A stretch of 55,194 nt of DNA, the filler included, from Porpidia crustulata (lineage: Eukaryota): assembly GCA_964255105.1 (NCBI GenBank). It is 4 parts of 4 records of this genome, joined end to end, with 100 filler letters (N's around TTAATTAATTAA, not from the genome) between each part and the next. Parts side by side here need not be neighbours in the genome. Positions count along the whole stretch, not along the records: positions 1 to 13,733 come from CAXUWE010000416.1; positions 13,834 to 27,562 come from CAXUWE010000417.1; 2 more parts are not named here. One strand, given 5' to 3'. The number at the start of each line of letters is the position of its first letter. Position 1 is the stretch's first letter. Shown here piece after piece: positions 11,366 to 24,497 of the stretch. The notes under the pieces were generated by a model that was not told the DNA's origin, ran no database searches, and worked only from the letters and a program-made list of their open reading frames with translations. The position numbers and the translations under genes are program-made.

Positions 11366-12688
11366 ATGGCCCAACAGCATAGTCGTGGTGTCCAAAAGCC
11401 GAAGCACAACATCCAATCTTCAATTTCGTATCCCGAAATTACTTCTACCTTCCTTGATGTCTTCAATCGAGACCAACAGTATCCGATCTTTGACCGGCTT
11501 TGCTCAATCCTTCCGATTAGCGATATCATAGCTTTGTCGCGAACTTGCAGAAATTATTCCAACCTATATCGATATCTCGTACCTACCCAGTGGAATGTCG
11601 ACCGAAAACTTCGACGATTTGTTCGAAATCCACAAGAGTTTCGATCTCGTATGGGTCAGCATAACGCCATTATATCTGGCAGTTTTGTATTGCAATATTT
11701 CGAGAGGGTATATTGGGAAGAGTCTGACCTGGACATCTTTATACTGGACGGAATTGACGCTGATGACTTCTGTCACTACCTGATTCGGGGGGAGGGGTAT
11801 ATTTGTACAGGTTTCCGAGCAGAGAAGCCGTATGGGCGGTTATCTGCCGTATCGGTTCGGTGTTGATCATGTTCTGGTTATTGGTTGGGCTGAAACCTGC
11901 TCCAGATACGAAGCTTTAGAAACGCGCAGATGTCCACTGGTTCCGGACCTACCAAAATCCAAGTCATCACTTCGTACGACAGCCCAATAATCTCAATTTT
12001 GCGAGGATTCTACATGACAACTGTTATCAATGTCATCACCTGGAATAATGCATATGCCATATTTCCATACTCTACATTTGTATGCCATAAGGGCTACCTA
12101 CTTACAAATTCGGCAGAGTACTTAGACCCGCTGATGAAAAAGTACGAAGAACGGGGCTGGGATTTGCAATTCATCCTGGGATCCGAAACAGAAATGGCAA
12201 GATATTCTACGCAATCTACGAGGCGGGTCGGTGACTGCTACACATGGACAATTCCCTTCGATACCCGCGGTATCAAAAGGTCCAGGACTCCTGACTCGGT
12301 AATCGAGTATAGTGTGTTTTACATTGACTACGTCAGTAGACCGCCTAGCACTCTAAGCGCACATTGTGAGATCGCCGCCTCAGGATTTGATACGCCCGCC
12401 CTTCGATACCAATACAGTTGTGAGACTTTCTCAGCTACGGGACGTGACTGGATGACAACCCTGGAGAACAGAACGGATCTCTGGGTGCTATTAGAGGTTC
12501 TCAAGCTGGAACCGAATGCACGACCCCCTAGTTTTCGTCACCTTATTTCGCCGGACACTGATCGCACATGGGTACGGGAGCTGCTTGTCAACTTCAAACA
12601 ACCTCCGAGCTGGACTTTTTGTGATGATTTCGTACCGCAGTGGTACAAGGCTTGGGAGGACACGTGCGGTACTGACCCGAACCGCTGA
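11366..12688 (+). CDS. F-box-like protein fused to a nucleotidyltransferase-like domain (uncharacterised fungal family)
   Basis: Two exons joined in frame by intron 11855-11905. F-box-like segment IFDRLCSILPISDIIALSRTCR; motifs IISGS...SDLDIF and KKYEERGW. Confidence 0.8.
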
Positions 12689-13733
12689 GAGCAGGACTAA
12701 TTCTTCGACCGCAACGACGCCATTCGCGTACGGTCGAGATGAGCGCTATTCACTTTAAAGTCATTGATATGGCTCTAGTTTGCGTGTACATCGTTGTAGC
12801 TAGGGGATCCTTGGTTGTGAAGGTGAAATTGTTTCCCCGGATGCTCCAATTCTTTTTATTTTGACATACTCAAAGAGTGTTACGCACAATATCCATGCTC
12901 TAAATCTGAAGGCGTCAATCAAGGGCGCCTCTTTCCTGGTATGCTCCCTTGTCCGCTAATTTTGGTAAAGATGATCCATTCCATAGACATTTATACGGAC
13001 TTCCAAGGAAGAAAAAGATGCTCGAAATGATTTCTGATTTTTCTTTCAGTTGATCGTTGATCACGATAAAGGCATCGTTTCAAGAATTGACAAAGCTGCA
13101 CAACATACGATATGCTCATACAAAGACAAGAATACAATCACATTCATTTTCATTTCTTGAGACGAGTGCAGATACAAGCATTCAGGATTTAATGCTCAGA
13201 GCTTATTACCGCAGAGAGATTTGAGAAATATCAAGTCACTCATCAATGCAAGGATATAGGATAACGGACGATTAACCAATTACATTAACATCTTTCAACA
13301 TGATGAGAATTTCTTATAAAATGCAGAGAGAAACGGATCCGAGCTTTTCTCAATGAAAACAGATCTCGATTTAATCAACATCATTATTTCTTTATAACTT
13401 ATACATATCCCAAAAACAGACCATCACTCCATCATCTATCCTCTCCATCTCCCCATCCATCTTATCATCGAGTCGTCACATCTTTCAGAATTAATCCAAA
13501 TACTCATGTCAACAACGATCCCACTTCACCTCATCTCCACAAAGCTAAAACACCAACACCATCCCTTCAACTATCTACGCCACCCACCAATAAACCCCTT
13601 CATCCATCCAACCACCCAAAAAGCTCTCCCTCCCCATCCTCCTTAACGCTACAACACCCCCCCCAAACCCCCCAAAAAACACAAAAAAAAAAAAATAAAA
13701 AAAAACCATATAAACAAAGTAAAAAAAAAATTG

Positions 13734-13833
13734 NNNNNNNNNNNNNNNNNNNNNNNNNNNNNNNNNNNNNNNNNNNNTTAATTAATTAANNNNNNNNNNN
13801 NNNNNNNNNNNNNNNNNNNNNNNNNNNNNNNNN
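13734..13833. other. Assembly gap spacer (44N-TTAATTAATTAA-44N)
   Basis: Exactly 100 nt with a six-frame stop linker, identical to the other two gaps. Confidence 0.98.
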
Positions 13834-13834
13834 C

Positions 13835-14086
13835 TCCAATAGCAATGCTTCCTCACCCTCGGCTCCTCCCTCGCAAGATGAAGCCCGCCGCGCCTTGGAG
13901 GTCCTTATGAATTTCTTTCACCATCAGCCAAATGGAGCCGTAGATCCGCAGGAGTACATTACAATGGGGAAGTTGATGGAGAAGCTCAAACTGCAAGGTA
14001 CGGGGCTGCCGGGCGGAATGCACAGCCTCGAGAGGGGCGATGGGACGAAGCCGATGGGGCGCAAGAGAAGCATTCATTCCTTATAG
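13835..14086 (+). CDS. 3' end of a probable CENP-B-like (domesticated pogo-derived HTH) protein; 5' part lost in the gap
   Basis: The frame is open from the gap edge: SPSAPPSQDEARRALEVLMNFFHHQPNGAVDPQEYITMGKLMEKLKL. From memory this resembles the C-terminal helical motif of Pezizomycotina CENP-B homologues. Confidence 0.65.
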   Translation, partial: SNSNASSPSAPPSQDEARRALEVLMNFFHHQPNGAVDPQEYITMGKLMEKLKLQGTGLPGGMHSLERGDGTKPMGRKRSIHSL

Positions 14087-14640
14087 CGGACGCTCGATCC
14101 TCACACTACAACTTATCGGCCCGAATGTCTCACCACACTCCTTATCCTGGCACTGACCTGCCACAGCTGGATGTTCATTCCAATCACAAGGAATCGATCA
14201 CGGACGCCCAAAGTCACGGGTCAAACCTCTCACAGACTCGCATCAATTTCTCGCACATAGCTAATAAGTTTTCATTTGTATTCGTCAGGACGGAACAGGA
14301 ACCCAAAGTTGGCGAACAGGATGCATCACATTGAAAGACATACCCCAGCCTCGCGGCTTGAACATTAACCATTAACGATTTTTTTTACTTCACGCAATCC
14401 TTGTTCTTTCGGGCGGGCATCTATTTACCGTTCCTCTGTGTACATCCTCTCTTGGGCGCGACCTTGGCGGGCGAGGAAGGAGTGGGAAGAGGGGGATATG
14501 GGAAGGGGAGCGATGGGTGTTAGCATTTGCTTTTGTTAATAGTTTACATTTGAGAGACAACCGGACACTCGAGCACGACTGGGGAGGTTTTCTGCGACGG
14601 CCATATCCATACTATATACTCATTCTCTACCCCACACTAT

Positions 14641-17373
14641 CTACGTATAATCTTTATACCTTTCCATACCCGGCTCTCCCTCTGCATTCCAATCCTCCCC
14701 CATTTCGGGCAAGCATCTTACAAGCACTAATTCGAGCATCTGCCACGCAAGATGCCGGTTTAAGTACCCATCCTCCCAGCAATCCAATTCTCGTTCTACC
14801 TCATTCGCCATCTCCGCCGTACCTCCCTTGAATATCTTTTTCACCATCCAAGGTGGTACCAGAGATACAATTGCCTCCGCGGCGCCGCGCTTGATCGAGG
14901 CGATTTCGGTAGGGCTGAGGGGTGGAGGGGAAGGAGGCGGGAGAAGGTTATTGGGAAAGAGGGAGAGCCGGGCTGTGCGAAGGATCGTAGGAAGGAGAGA
15001 AGGGGGAAAGCCGGCGGTCAGGGTTTGGTGGAGGAACCTATGATGGGCGTTTTGATTAGCGTTGTGTAGTCCATAAGGTTTAAGGCGTGTTTGATGATTG
15101 ATGGCGTGAGCAAATAAGGAAATTAAAAGAGTGATGGCTCAGCAGCCCCAAATCGACATGCGCGTCATGGATCGCAAGTATGAGGAAATGAGGTTGAGGA
15201 TGGGGGATGCGATAAGTGACCCGAATAGGTAAAGGTAGTTTGGTGCAGGTCGCCGCATTGGGAGTGCGCATCGGAGAATTAATACGGTGAGTGGCCGAGT
15301 ACGAGGGTGATGACATGGAGGGGCATAGGGGAAAGTGTCAGCATGCGATGGGGGTTCATGAGAGCGTCGATCCCATAATTCCCCATTTCCCGGCAGTCAG
15401 ACGGGCAGGGGAGGATGTCAAAGACTAGATCATCCGGAGGGTTCGGGCGCTTAGGGAATCCAGGAAAAAAAGAGCTTTTGGAAATGCAAATTGACAGAAG
15501 CCAAAAAAAAGATTTTAGAGTTTGGGAATTTCCACGGTACGAGTCACTCTGAAACAATGGCAATAAATCGACCAAGATATCGCAAATCTTAAACCAAGCC
15601 CTGTGGCCTGTGGGAAAGAAACGTTTGACGGAACGAGAATTCCGCGATACGAGCCAGTCAAAAAAGGCAAAAGGCAAAAAGCAAGGAAAAGTCACACAAC
15701 AGAAATCAAGTGCTGGTGTGGGCGCACAAGAAGGAGAGAGTTGCGCAGGTGGCACCAGGCTAGAGAGCAACCGCTCGCGTGTGGCGGCCATCGAACAAGG
15801 ACGCCCGCATGCCTACGTACTGCACAACGATAACGGGGAAGCGAGGGCACATCCAGCGGCCCGAGACTATGTCCCATGGGTGCGTGCATGCAGACACCAG
15901 ACGGTCATATGACTAGAATCTCATGCGAGGACGGCATGTTGGTGGCAGGGCGGGGCGGCCAATGGCAGGCCTCAAATGACACGTCGCAATACTTACTGGT
16001 CGACCAGGCCATTCGTGGCACCCGCTCGCCTGAATGCCCCGGTCAGCAAATGATGTTGGACGAGGGACAGCGATCCGGATAGCCAAGGCATGCGGAGGCG
16101 GAAATCGAGGAGTGTGGAAACGAGGGAGAAAATGCTGAATGCGAGTATCGGTCTGGGCGCTTCAACGGTCGTTTCCATTGGCGCATCTTTCATACCGCTT
16201 GGATTGGTAGACGGAAATTCATGTCGTGGGGGTGCGAAGGATGCTGTGACGAGCCCGCGGATTAGAGAGTGTATTGTAAGAATTGTTAGATAGCCACACT
16301 GGAGCGTCATCCAGAGGATTGCAGACACTGCGGATCCTTGACTGTATTTGGCTTTGGGGCTCGTATTGTCAGCCCTGTCAGATGAGAGTAGGCCAAATGC
16401 CTCGAGTCGGCTCCTGCCACTGATTTCAATGTCCCTGGTGACATTTTCAGGTTCCATTCGTGCTTTGACCGCTTCGACGATCTTGGTGATACTGGTCCAG
16501 ATGAACCACCCCTCACAAACCTTGCCACCAACCGCATTCCCGAGTATTGCCTCTGCAATGATGTCTGCTACAAGCGTTCGGAGACACGCGTTTTCCAGGT
16601 CTTCCATAGGCAGGAGAACAGCTAAAGCGCCTTGCACTAATAGCTGTCTATACTCACCCTCGTGCCTCGATTGTTCCTCTACTATGGCTGGCTGATTTTG
16701 GTTTGGCACGGGTGACAATGCCGGATGCGGATGAAGATTATGGTAGATGATTCGGGGGTCCGTGGCCAGCCCAGACGATGCCATTGACTGGTGACTGATT
16801 CGATATGCTATTACACGGTAAATCAGCGGTACCCCTCACGGAACGTTTCCATCATGGCACTGACTAACCATTCACATGGTTTTCTATCAGCTCTGGAATC
16901 TCGTCAAACATCAGTCCTTCTAGATCGACAGCCCGCAACCTCCCTTCCAGTGCCCTTGTGCAATGTGCAATGATCTTCACGATCTCTTCTACAAACCCTT
17001 GGTCTGGAGTGATTTTTCCGTACCAGCTATAGATCAGCTCTTTAACGATGATCGCAATGATCGCGTAGAGCTCCAGGTCTATCTCGTTACTGCTTGTCAA
17101 TGACGGTAGAAGCTCGTCTATAAGCCGATTGTCCGCCGCACCTCCATGGCCGTGTGAATAAAGTATCCTTTTGACGAACGCTACTATTGCTCTGTCCGAC
17201 ACACCCACGGGAGAGGCAAACTGGGCTGGAGTGGATTGGTGGCTCCGTGAAGGCGGTCTCGAGATCGGGGGTGGGGTAGCCGTATTGCTTGATGCTGGGG
17301 AGGTACTGCTGAACTGCGAGGGGGCTGGCGGGGGGGGGTGCAAGCTTGGAGGTCGAAGGAAAGGTTGTGTCAT
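14641..17373 (-). CDS. PXA-domain protein with Nexin_C-like C-terminus
   Basis: Exons 17373-16869, 16807-15997 and 15037-14641. PXA motifs LYAIIAIIVKELIYSWYGKIT and LLPMEDLENACLRTLV. The last exon has LFPNN and YLNRHLAWQMLELVLVRCLPE. Intron 2 is 959 nt. Confidence 0.85.
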
Positions 17374-17975
17374 TCTCAGCCGTCATTTAATGTGCGCAGC
17401 ATTGGTAAAGATCTCACTCGAGACTCCAGCGTGACGACGGCATTGATGGTTATCAAAAGGCCCTAATCATAGCTATCAAGCTAGGTCTATCTGACCCTTG
17501 AGTTTCACCGTTTCAGCTGCATTTGCTTAGTCATTGTAGATCTGGGGCCTATCACGTGCGTATTCACGTGATAGGCATTCAGATCGGGCACACACTGCAC
17601 ATACCGTAGGCTAGGTATGTGTGGTATGCTCTACATAAGTAAATTAGAAAGCTCAACTAAGCTCTCGCGACATCAGGACTAATCGATTTAGAAATCCAAA
17701 GGCCTTGTTTCCATTTGAGGCACACACATCGGATTCAGGGTATATACATGACTGCGTACAAAACGAGCCGCAAACTGGCCGAATGAAAGACGAAGCCCAA
17801 GATCATCGCGAGAAGTCACAGTTTCATACTTCCAACAATAATTCCCAAGGATGTGCACGCTAAATCGACGCAAAGACTGTTCGGCGAGTCGAGAGACGGG
17901 GCAGCCAACGATATCCACAAAAATAAATCCACCTCTTTACTCTAGACATCCACATGTACCTCACGTTAGGGACCG

Positions 17976-20158
17976 TCACTCAGTTGGGCTAAAAACTCCT
18001 TCACTTTCTCCACTTCTAGCTGAGTTTCGCCCCTCGAAGTCCATGTCTCCAAAAATAGGCACAGAACGCGGGGTGGACTGTTCCGCAATAGCTATGGAAG
18101 CTGCAGAGCCAGGGAGTTGTCGATCTGGAATAGATCGCATTGGACTTGTAGGGCCCTGAGCCAAGACCTCTGATTGCCGGCGCTGGAGTTCTGCTAATTT
18201 GGCCGTTGGATCCCAATCCGCCTGCTCTGGTACGCCCTCGGCGCCTGGTAGATCGCCAAATGCGTCCCGTTCTTGACCCCAAAAGCTAGGTTTGCGAATT
18301 GGAGCAGGGGTTACGGGTAGACTGGGCCGTTCAATTTCGGTAGGAAAATCAGTAAGTTTCATACTAGGCCGTCGTGACTGTTGAGAGGGATCCGTGGCCC
18401 CAGGCAAGGACACGTTCTCAGCCGCAGCAGCAGCGTTGACAAGGACTTGGATTTTGCCTCGCCGGTTCTGTGGGAGATTAGAGATGTAACGCTCAATCTC
18501 CGGTACTTCGTCCCAGGCATTAGTGCGAGAATATGAAGCGAATGGCTCAGGGGTAATCTGGATAACCGGGGTGGTAGGGGTCAAAGTATCATCATCTTGA
18601 GTGTCGTCATCCGTAGTCACTGAAGGAGTGGTCTCCAAAGGTGGGAGGACTGCATCTTCTGCAAAAACTCGAGTAGCTTTTGGTTGATGCTCTTCCCATG
18701 GAAATATTGGTCTTGGACGTTCGGTGATAGCCAATTGTGGTGGTACTTGATAGTACATGTCTTTGGGGGCTTCCGGGTATCTCACTGGGGCTTGGAAGAG
18801 CTTTGGATCATTAGACATATCATAGATCTGGCTCGGGAAATTCGAAGCTTCCGGTCGGGTGTTGGCCGGCGGAGGTTGGCTTGGCTTTGATCAACATTGA
18901 ACAAGAACTTTATGAAGTCATATAGGTACTCACTGAATAGGGTCCCACTGGACAGAGAAGTGCCGCTGTTGGGCCACAGGCAGTGATGTGACTTTACCCT
19001 GCTGTGGATCCTCAGATGTTTCTCCTTTGTCTGTCAGTGGCAGCTCCGTGGTATTGGGCAGAGCTTCCGGCTCTATAATCGTAGGAACGAGGGAAGGAAA
19101 GCCATCGTCGGTAGCTGAGGCCTCGCCTTTCACATATTGTTGAACCGTTCTCGCAGATAACCCTGATTGTCCGGTAATGTAGGCTGTGGTCTACCAATCC
19201 CAATTAATGACCAAGAAAAAGCCCCAATAAAGATAAGATTACCGGTGTCCTATAGTATTTGTCGTAGACCGACCACCACCTGCCCAGTAGCTCTTCGTAA
19301 ACACCAGTCGTCCCCTTTACTTCTCTCCCCACAATCCAAGGCTTGTCGTGGCCGATGTAGTGGACCATGTTTACAGTACTCTGAAAATGCCTGTATGCTG
19401 GCACGTACTGATAGTGGCCACTAGGCGTACAATTATAGGTGAAACTTAATCGGTGCCAACTGCGAAAATGCATGTTGAGAAGCCCTTGATCTGCCCCATC
19501 GAAACTTATGCCCCGTTGTGCTAACGCCAGCAATGCATAATAATCCCCCATATTTGGTTTCAGTGACATGACCCCACTATTGAAGCAATCTGGCCAACCT
19601 ATATCGGGCACAGCAGCGAAACTGACATCTTGATTAAAAAGTTCATCCGGGGCTCGAAGAGCGACGACGTCTGCATCTAGATATACAATTCTTTCGAATT
19701 GGGTCTGTCGCCACAGCGCTATCTTGGTGAATGTAGATGCTAAATCTGGTCGTTGCATGACGTACAGATTGGCGGGAAATTTGTTGACGATGATATCAAC
19801 AGGAATAATCTGATCGTAAACTTTCTTAATCTTAATGTTAGCAGTGAAGATTCCCAAGAATTAGTCTGGACGCGTACTTTGAGTTCCTCAATGGTGGAGG
19901 CCGCCAAGCTGTCCAGAGTGACAAGGACAGCAAGCTGCTTTCTCGATCCATTGTCTCTGAGCGAATGAGCCAGTACCATAGCACCTGAGGTATCCGTCAG
20001 TGATGAGACTACAAATCAACCTTGGGCGTATGATTAGCTACCAGGCAGATAGTCATCGCTCATAAGAAGCTAGAATACGGTCAAGCAAAGCCCCTCAGAA
20101 CAGCAGGAGCTGAGTGATCACCAACCGTACAGTATATCTCTCGCTTTGGTTCTGCCAT
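17976..20158 (-). CDS. GLG1: Glycogenin (GT8 self-glucosylating initiator) with long C-terminal extension
   Basis: Multi-exon; start MAEPKREIYCT; motifs YLPGAMVLAHSL, FTKIALW, VYLDAD, FNSGV, FDGADQGLLN and HYIGHDKPW; C-terminal IFPWE and NAWD motifs. Confidence 0.93.
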
Positions 20159-20925
20159 GGCGAAGAGTCCACCTACACCACTCTGCTGAATCTCGATTCC
20201 GAGGTTGTCAGTCTTTGTCGGAAATATAAAATCTGCGGGAAACCGGTAGGGTTTCGATTTTTCCCCGCCTCTTGTTGGAGAGCTTCTCCCGTCAAGCTAG
20301 CGTCACATGCCGATACTTTCTTCCCTCCTAGATCTCTAAGATAGACCGTCGGACGACAAATATCAATTACGTCCTAGCATAGACTCAATGAGCTGCAAAC
20401 TCATCTGCAGCGGCTCTTCTCCTCCAAGTAGCGATAATAATCGTCATGGGCTTGACTATGCGCTTCACGATACAGGTGCTCCCAGCTTCCCTATCAATAT
20501 ATCAACTACCCCGCACTACTTGTCTAGTAAGGTTATTTCTTGGTGCTGCCAGTCAGTCAACTCAGTCGACAAGTCATGCGAGAGTTCATCATCGTGCATC
20601 AGGGTCCAGACCGAAGCTCCAAATGGTTAAGGGCAACTGAAAGTGAAAGTCCACTGCACGTGACGGTCAATTACACACGACCTACAGTACTTTATTCAAG
20701 TACCTCAGTTTTGGTTTCAACAGTATCGGCAGTCCATAGATCGGTTCATGAGCTCCATTCTCAAGCGTGTCTCGAAAAGAATGGCATTTGTACGGTGCAA
20801 TCTCGGAAAATTCGAGGTTAGATGAAGATTCTCATTTTTATCTCTCTCCTCTTGTAGTACCTTCACAAAGTTCCTCTTCAAGCTATCTAAAGTCCATTAC
20901 ATACGTAGGAGCATGTCAGTGAGTT

Positions 20926-23900
20926 TCAAGTGTCTCGAAACCGTATCCCAGCGTCTACCTCAGCACATCGGCACTGGCAATCTGGCACTGGGCACACCTC
21001 ATGCTCGGCAAACCACTCTTGCGCGTGCGCACCGTGAGACATGTGCCAGCAGCCTCGGCAAACACTGATAAAGTCTTTCATGGGATTTCCCTTCTCTCCG
21101 GCCACAGCGCCTCCTCTGGTACGGGGGTCTGGCATGCCAAGCCACATCATACATATCACACAACGTGGCATATGGCGCCCACACTTGGGGCAGACAGTAC
21201 CGGACTTGGCGTCACCGAAGATGCTGCCCGGGTGGTTTGTCGTGAACGAATGATTGGAACCCGTACTTGATCCGGCGTTGTGCTCTGGATTACGATTGAG
21301 GGACTGATCGCAATTGTTGCAGCGGAGGGAGATCTGGCGAGGGGCAGGGGGAAGTAGCGGTTTTTGGTTGGGGGGTGTGGAGAGCTTGGTAGATTGAACG
21401 TCAAAATGGACACGTCGGATGAACATTCGGTAGGTATTGAGGGTGGTACGGTAGACCTCGCGCCAAGTGTCGACACGGAAGTCCGTGAAGTAGCGAGGGG
21501 ATGCAAAGGATATCGCGAGAATGGCGGTTTGGTAGTCCGAGAATTTCGTAATATAAGTCTCGAAAAGGGGAACAGTCTTTTCCGTGAGCCCTGTGAGGAC
21601 AATGCCTTCGATGTCACCAAGCTTGATGCAGTCCGCCGTTGTGTGTGCGATATATTGTGTAAGCTCTTGGTCGTCAAGGTACATAAGGGCGATTCCGATC
21701 CTATATTTGAGTGGCAGAGATGTCTCGGTAAGGACATCATGCCAATCGCCGGATCTTACTAAGGCTAGAATACCATGAGCATATGGATCGTCGCGACCTT
21801 TAGCGACTTCTGTTAAAGTTTCAACCCAATCTTCGTTTGCCATTCCATTGCTATAGCCAGCGAGAGCCAGTGAGAGCTCTCTGTGACTTTGGTGACTTTG
21901 GGAGGCTGTCCCGCTTCTCAATGACCGCAAGGCTAGCTTCTGCCGGCCATGGATCATTGCAAGGACAGCAGCTCTGGTATTCTGGTTATGGCGTATCAGG
22001 TCCTCGATAGTATGCTCCAATTGTTCATTCGTGAGACCCAGGCCACACGTATAAAGGCACAGTTGACGATGCATGGGAAATGCAGTTTCCCTGATGGAAA
22101 ACTGTGGTAATTGAAGCTTCTTTGATAAGAATGTGATCGCATCAGCCATGTTCACATCAGCGTCAGCGGTGCTAGACCTCCGAGCAACTTCTCGGGAGCC
22201 TGTCGAACTGTAAGCCAGTGAGCCCTGTAGATTTTGCTATCCCACCTACCCAAGTCGTTATTCCAGATGCTGAAAACGCCGAGGTAGCTGAGATCTAGGG
22301 TTTCTGTTATCATGACTTCCGAAGCATGGTACTTGGCCCCTGATTCAGGTAAGCCAAACCCTTTCCTAAGTGCAAAAAATAAACCCACGGTCGATCCACA
22401 GCCACATCTGTTCGAGCCAGGGATCCTCATTAACAATAACAGCATTTTGCTTGCAATCGAACAGATAACCTTCAGCACAACGACGGCGGGTGAGATCAAA
22501 AGTTGATAAGGCATCTTGCAGGTTCAGTTTATCTTTTGCCAAGTAGAATTCATGGAGCTTGTCATGAGCCTCGCCACTGGAAAGGGATGACTTCTGGTGG
22601 ATATAAGTAAGGTGTACGTTCCCATCATCCAACGGAAACGGTGACCCTGAGCTTCGCTGGGCTGGCAGAATACCAACGTCCTTTGGGCGTATAGCTCTCA
22701 GAGCGTCCGAAATTTTCCCGCCATTACTTGAGTTGAACACTCGTACGATCTTGTTTGGGTATGACTCGGAATTGGGATTGGGAGAGATGATGGGAATACA
22801 TCCATCTTTAATATTGGTGGCGACAAGCCCACCTATCGGCGAGACAGTAAGAGCTGAAGGGGGACCGTTAAGTTCATAGATATCAATATTTTGGTCACCA
22901 CGAAGCGTAATTGCGCAAGGTCTACCATTAGAACCAGCCAAGTTAGTGAAGTCAAAAGCAACAATGCGTTTATTAATTTGACGGCCCCTTTCGGCATCAT
23001 CATAAGCGCGCTCAACGTGGTGTGTACGTCTTATGATAATACGCGGCGGATAAGATAAAGATCTTTCAACCATGTAATCTGAATTCCTGTCGTATTGTCC
23101 CTCCTTCGGTGCATACTCTCTATTCATTTCGAAGATCTTGAAGTCTCCAGTGCTTGCTAGGGCACCAAGATAACCACGCTTACCTTTACAAAAACGTAAG
23201 CTCCATATGCTTGGTGCCATCAGATTTTTGGGACTATCGAAAGCCCCTTGAAGCTCTAATATTGGCACACTTTGCGGCTGATACGCACCGCCGGATCCCA
23301 AATTAGCTGCTGTAGAGACGGGCCCCCATCGTCGATCCCAGACCTGAACGGTAGTATCTTTTGGTGGCCCTGCAGAAGCAAAATAATTCTCGTCCATGGG
23401 GTCAATAGCGATGTTGTGGACCTGAGACGTCTGGAACTGAAGTGAGGCGTTTCCTGTATTATCTCGTAGGTCGTATATTCTGACACACGCCCCTTTGACG
23501 CCGCAGACTAAGCTTTCTGGCTGCTTATTGAAGAATTTGATGCTCGTGATGGCTTCCGAGCTTGCCAGCTTGCGAAGTGGCTCCCCAGGTGGCGGGTCAG
23601 CCTCAGGTTTGGACGAGGCAGTTGTCAACAGACGCTGACTGACGTCCCATACATTCAAGCAGAAGTCGTTCCTCACTCTCTCCAAGCCGGTTGCCAGCAA
23701 ACCTCCACTATTGAACGCCACCGCATTGCAAAGACGTTGATGCTTGATTATCAGATGTAGAGCATGGGGCCGCTCGCCCATTCTCAGGACAGTAGTTTCT
23801 CCAGACCATTGCCCGACAGCTACAACATCCTCATCTTTAGATGACCAGTCAAGTGCACGAAATTGGGGTACTTTGCGAGCAGTTGAAAGAGTCTCAAAAT

Positions 23901-24024
23901 GAAGTTCCTTGCCATCGTAGTGACTCACCCTTAGAATCTTGATAGTGCGGCCATTTACATCTACCAAGAGGAATCGCTGCTCGGACGTAGTGGAGCTGGG
24001 GGACCAACGTATCGCCGTCTCCAT
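20926..24024 (-). CDS. SEA4: SEA4/Mio subunit of the SEACAT/GATOR2 complex (WD40 + C-terminal zinc finger/RING)
   Basis: WD40 N-terminus (GLERVRNDFCLNVWD), LGDIEGIVLTGL and C-terminal CPKCGRHMPRCVIC...CWHMSHGAHAQEWF...CPVPDCQCRC. Introns at 22340-22388 and 22200-22249. Confidence 0.92.
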
Positions 24025-24497
24025 ACCTAATCTTCAATCTGGGAGCCATCAGGATTACATTTTAGTATTCCTATGCCACTACAAAGCAACGGAATCTTGA
24101 CGTTTGCTTTCCTGGAGATAAGAACATGCGAGGGGTATCATTTGCCACATATTGAGTATTCTTTGGCCAAACAGACGTTGTGAGCACGTAGGATGAGCAT
24201 CGTTTCAACAAGTAGTAAGTACCGTACCGTAAGACGAGAGCTCTTCAGGGATGAGCCAATCATAAACCTAGCCCTAGCTTGGGCAAATTACCAGACTAGA
24301 GTACTGTGTAAATAATTCTACAGATACCGTGATACCTAAGGTATGTGGGTACCTATCAATGCTATCTTAACCTCGGCAAGAGTCACCTAGATTTTGTGTC
24401 TATGGTTCAATTTTAAAGGCACTTGAGTAGTCATCTATTATCCAACTACTCGCCCACTTTGCAGACTAATAGATATCCTCTGATAGCATTGGGAACA

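Noticed and set aside
13778..13789. TTAATTAATTAA palindrome, repeated at 27607-27618 and 41427-41438
   Set aside because: Always centred in 44N flanks; an artificial six-frame stop linker.
15279..15912. ORFs of 170 aa (-) and 100 aa (+) inside the PXA intron
   Set aside because: Composition mirrors the U/A tracts and there are no recognisable motifs; likely spurious.
15038..15996. Telomerase RNA hypothesis for the long intron
   Set aside because: No 1.5-repeat telomeric template is seen on either strand (only one TTAGGG at about 15451).
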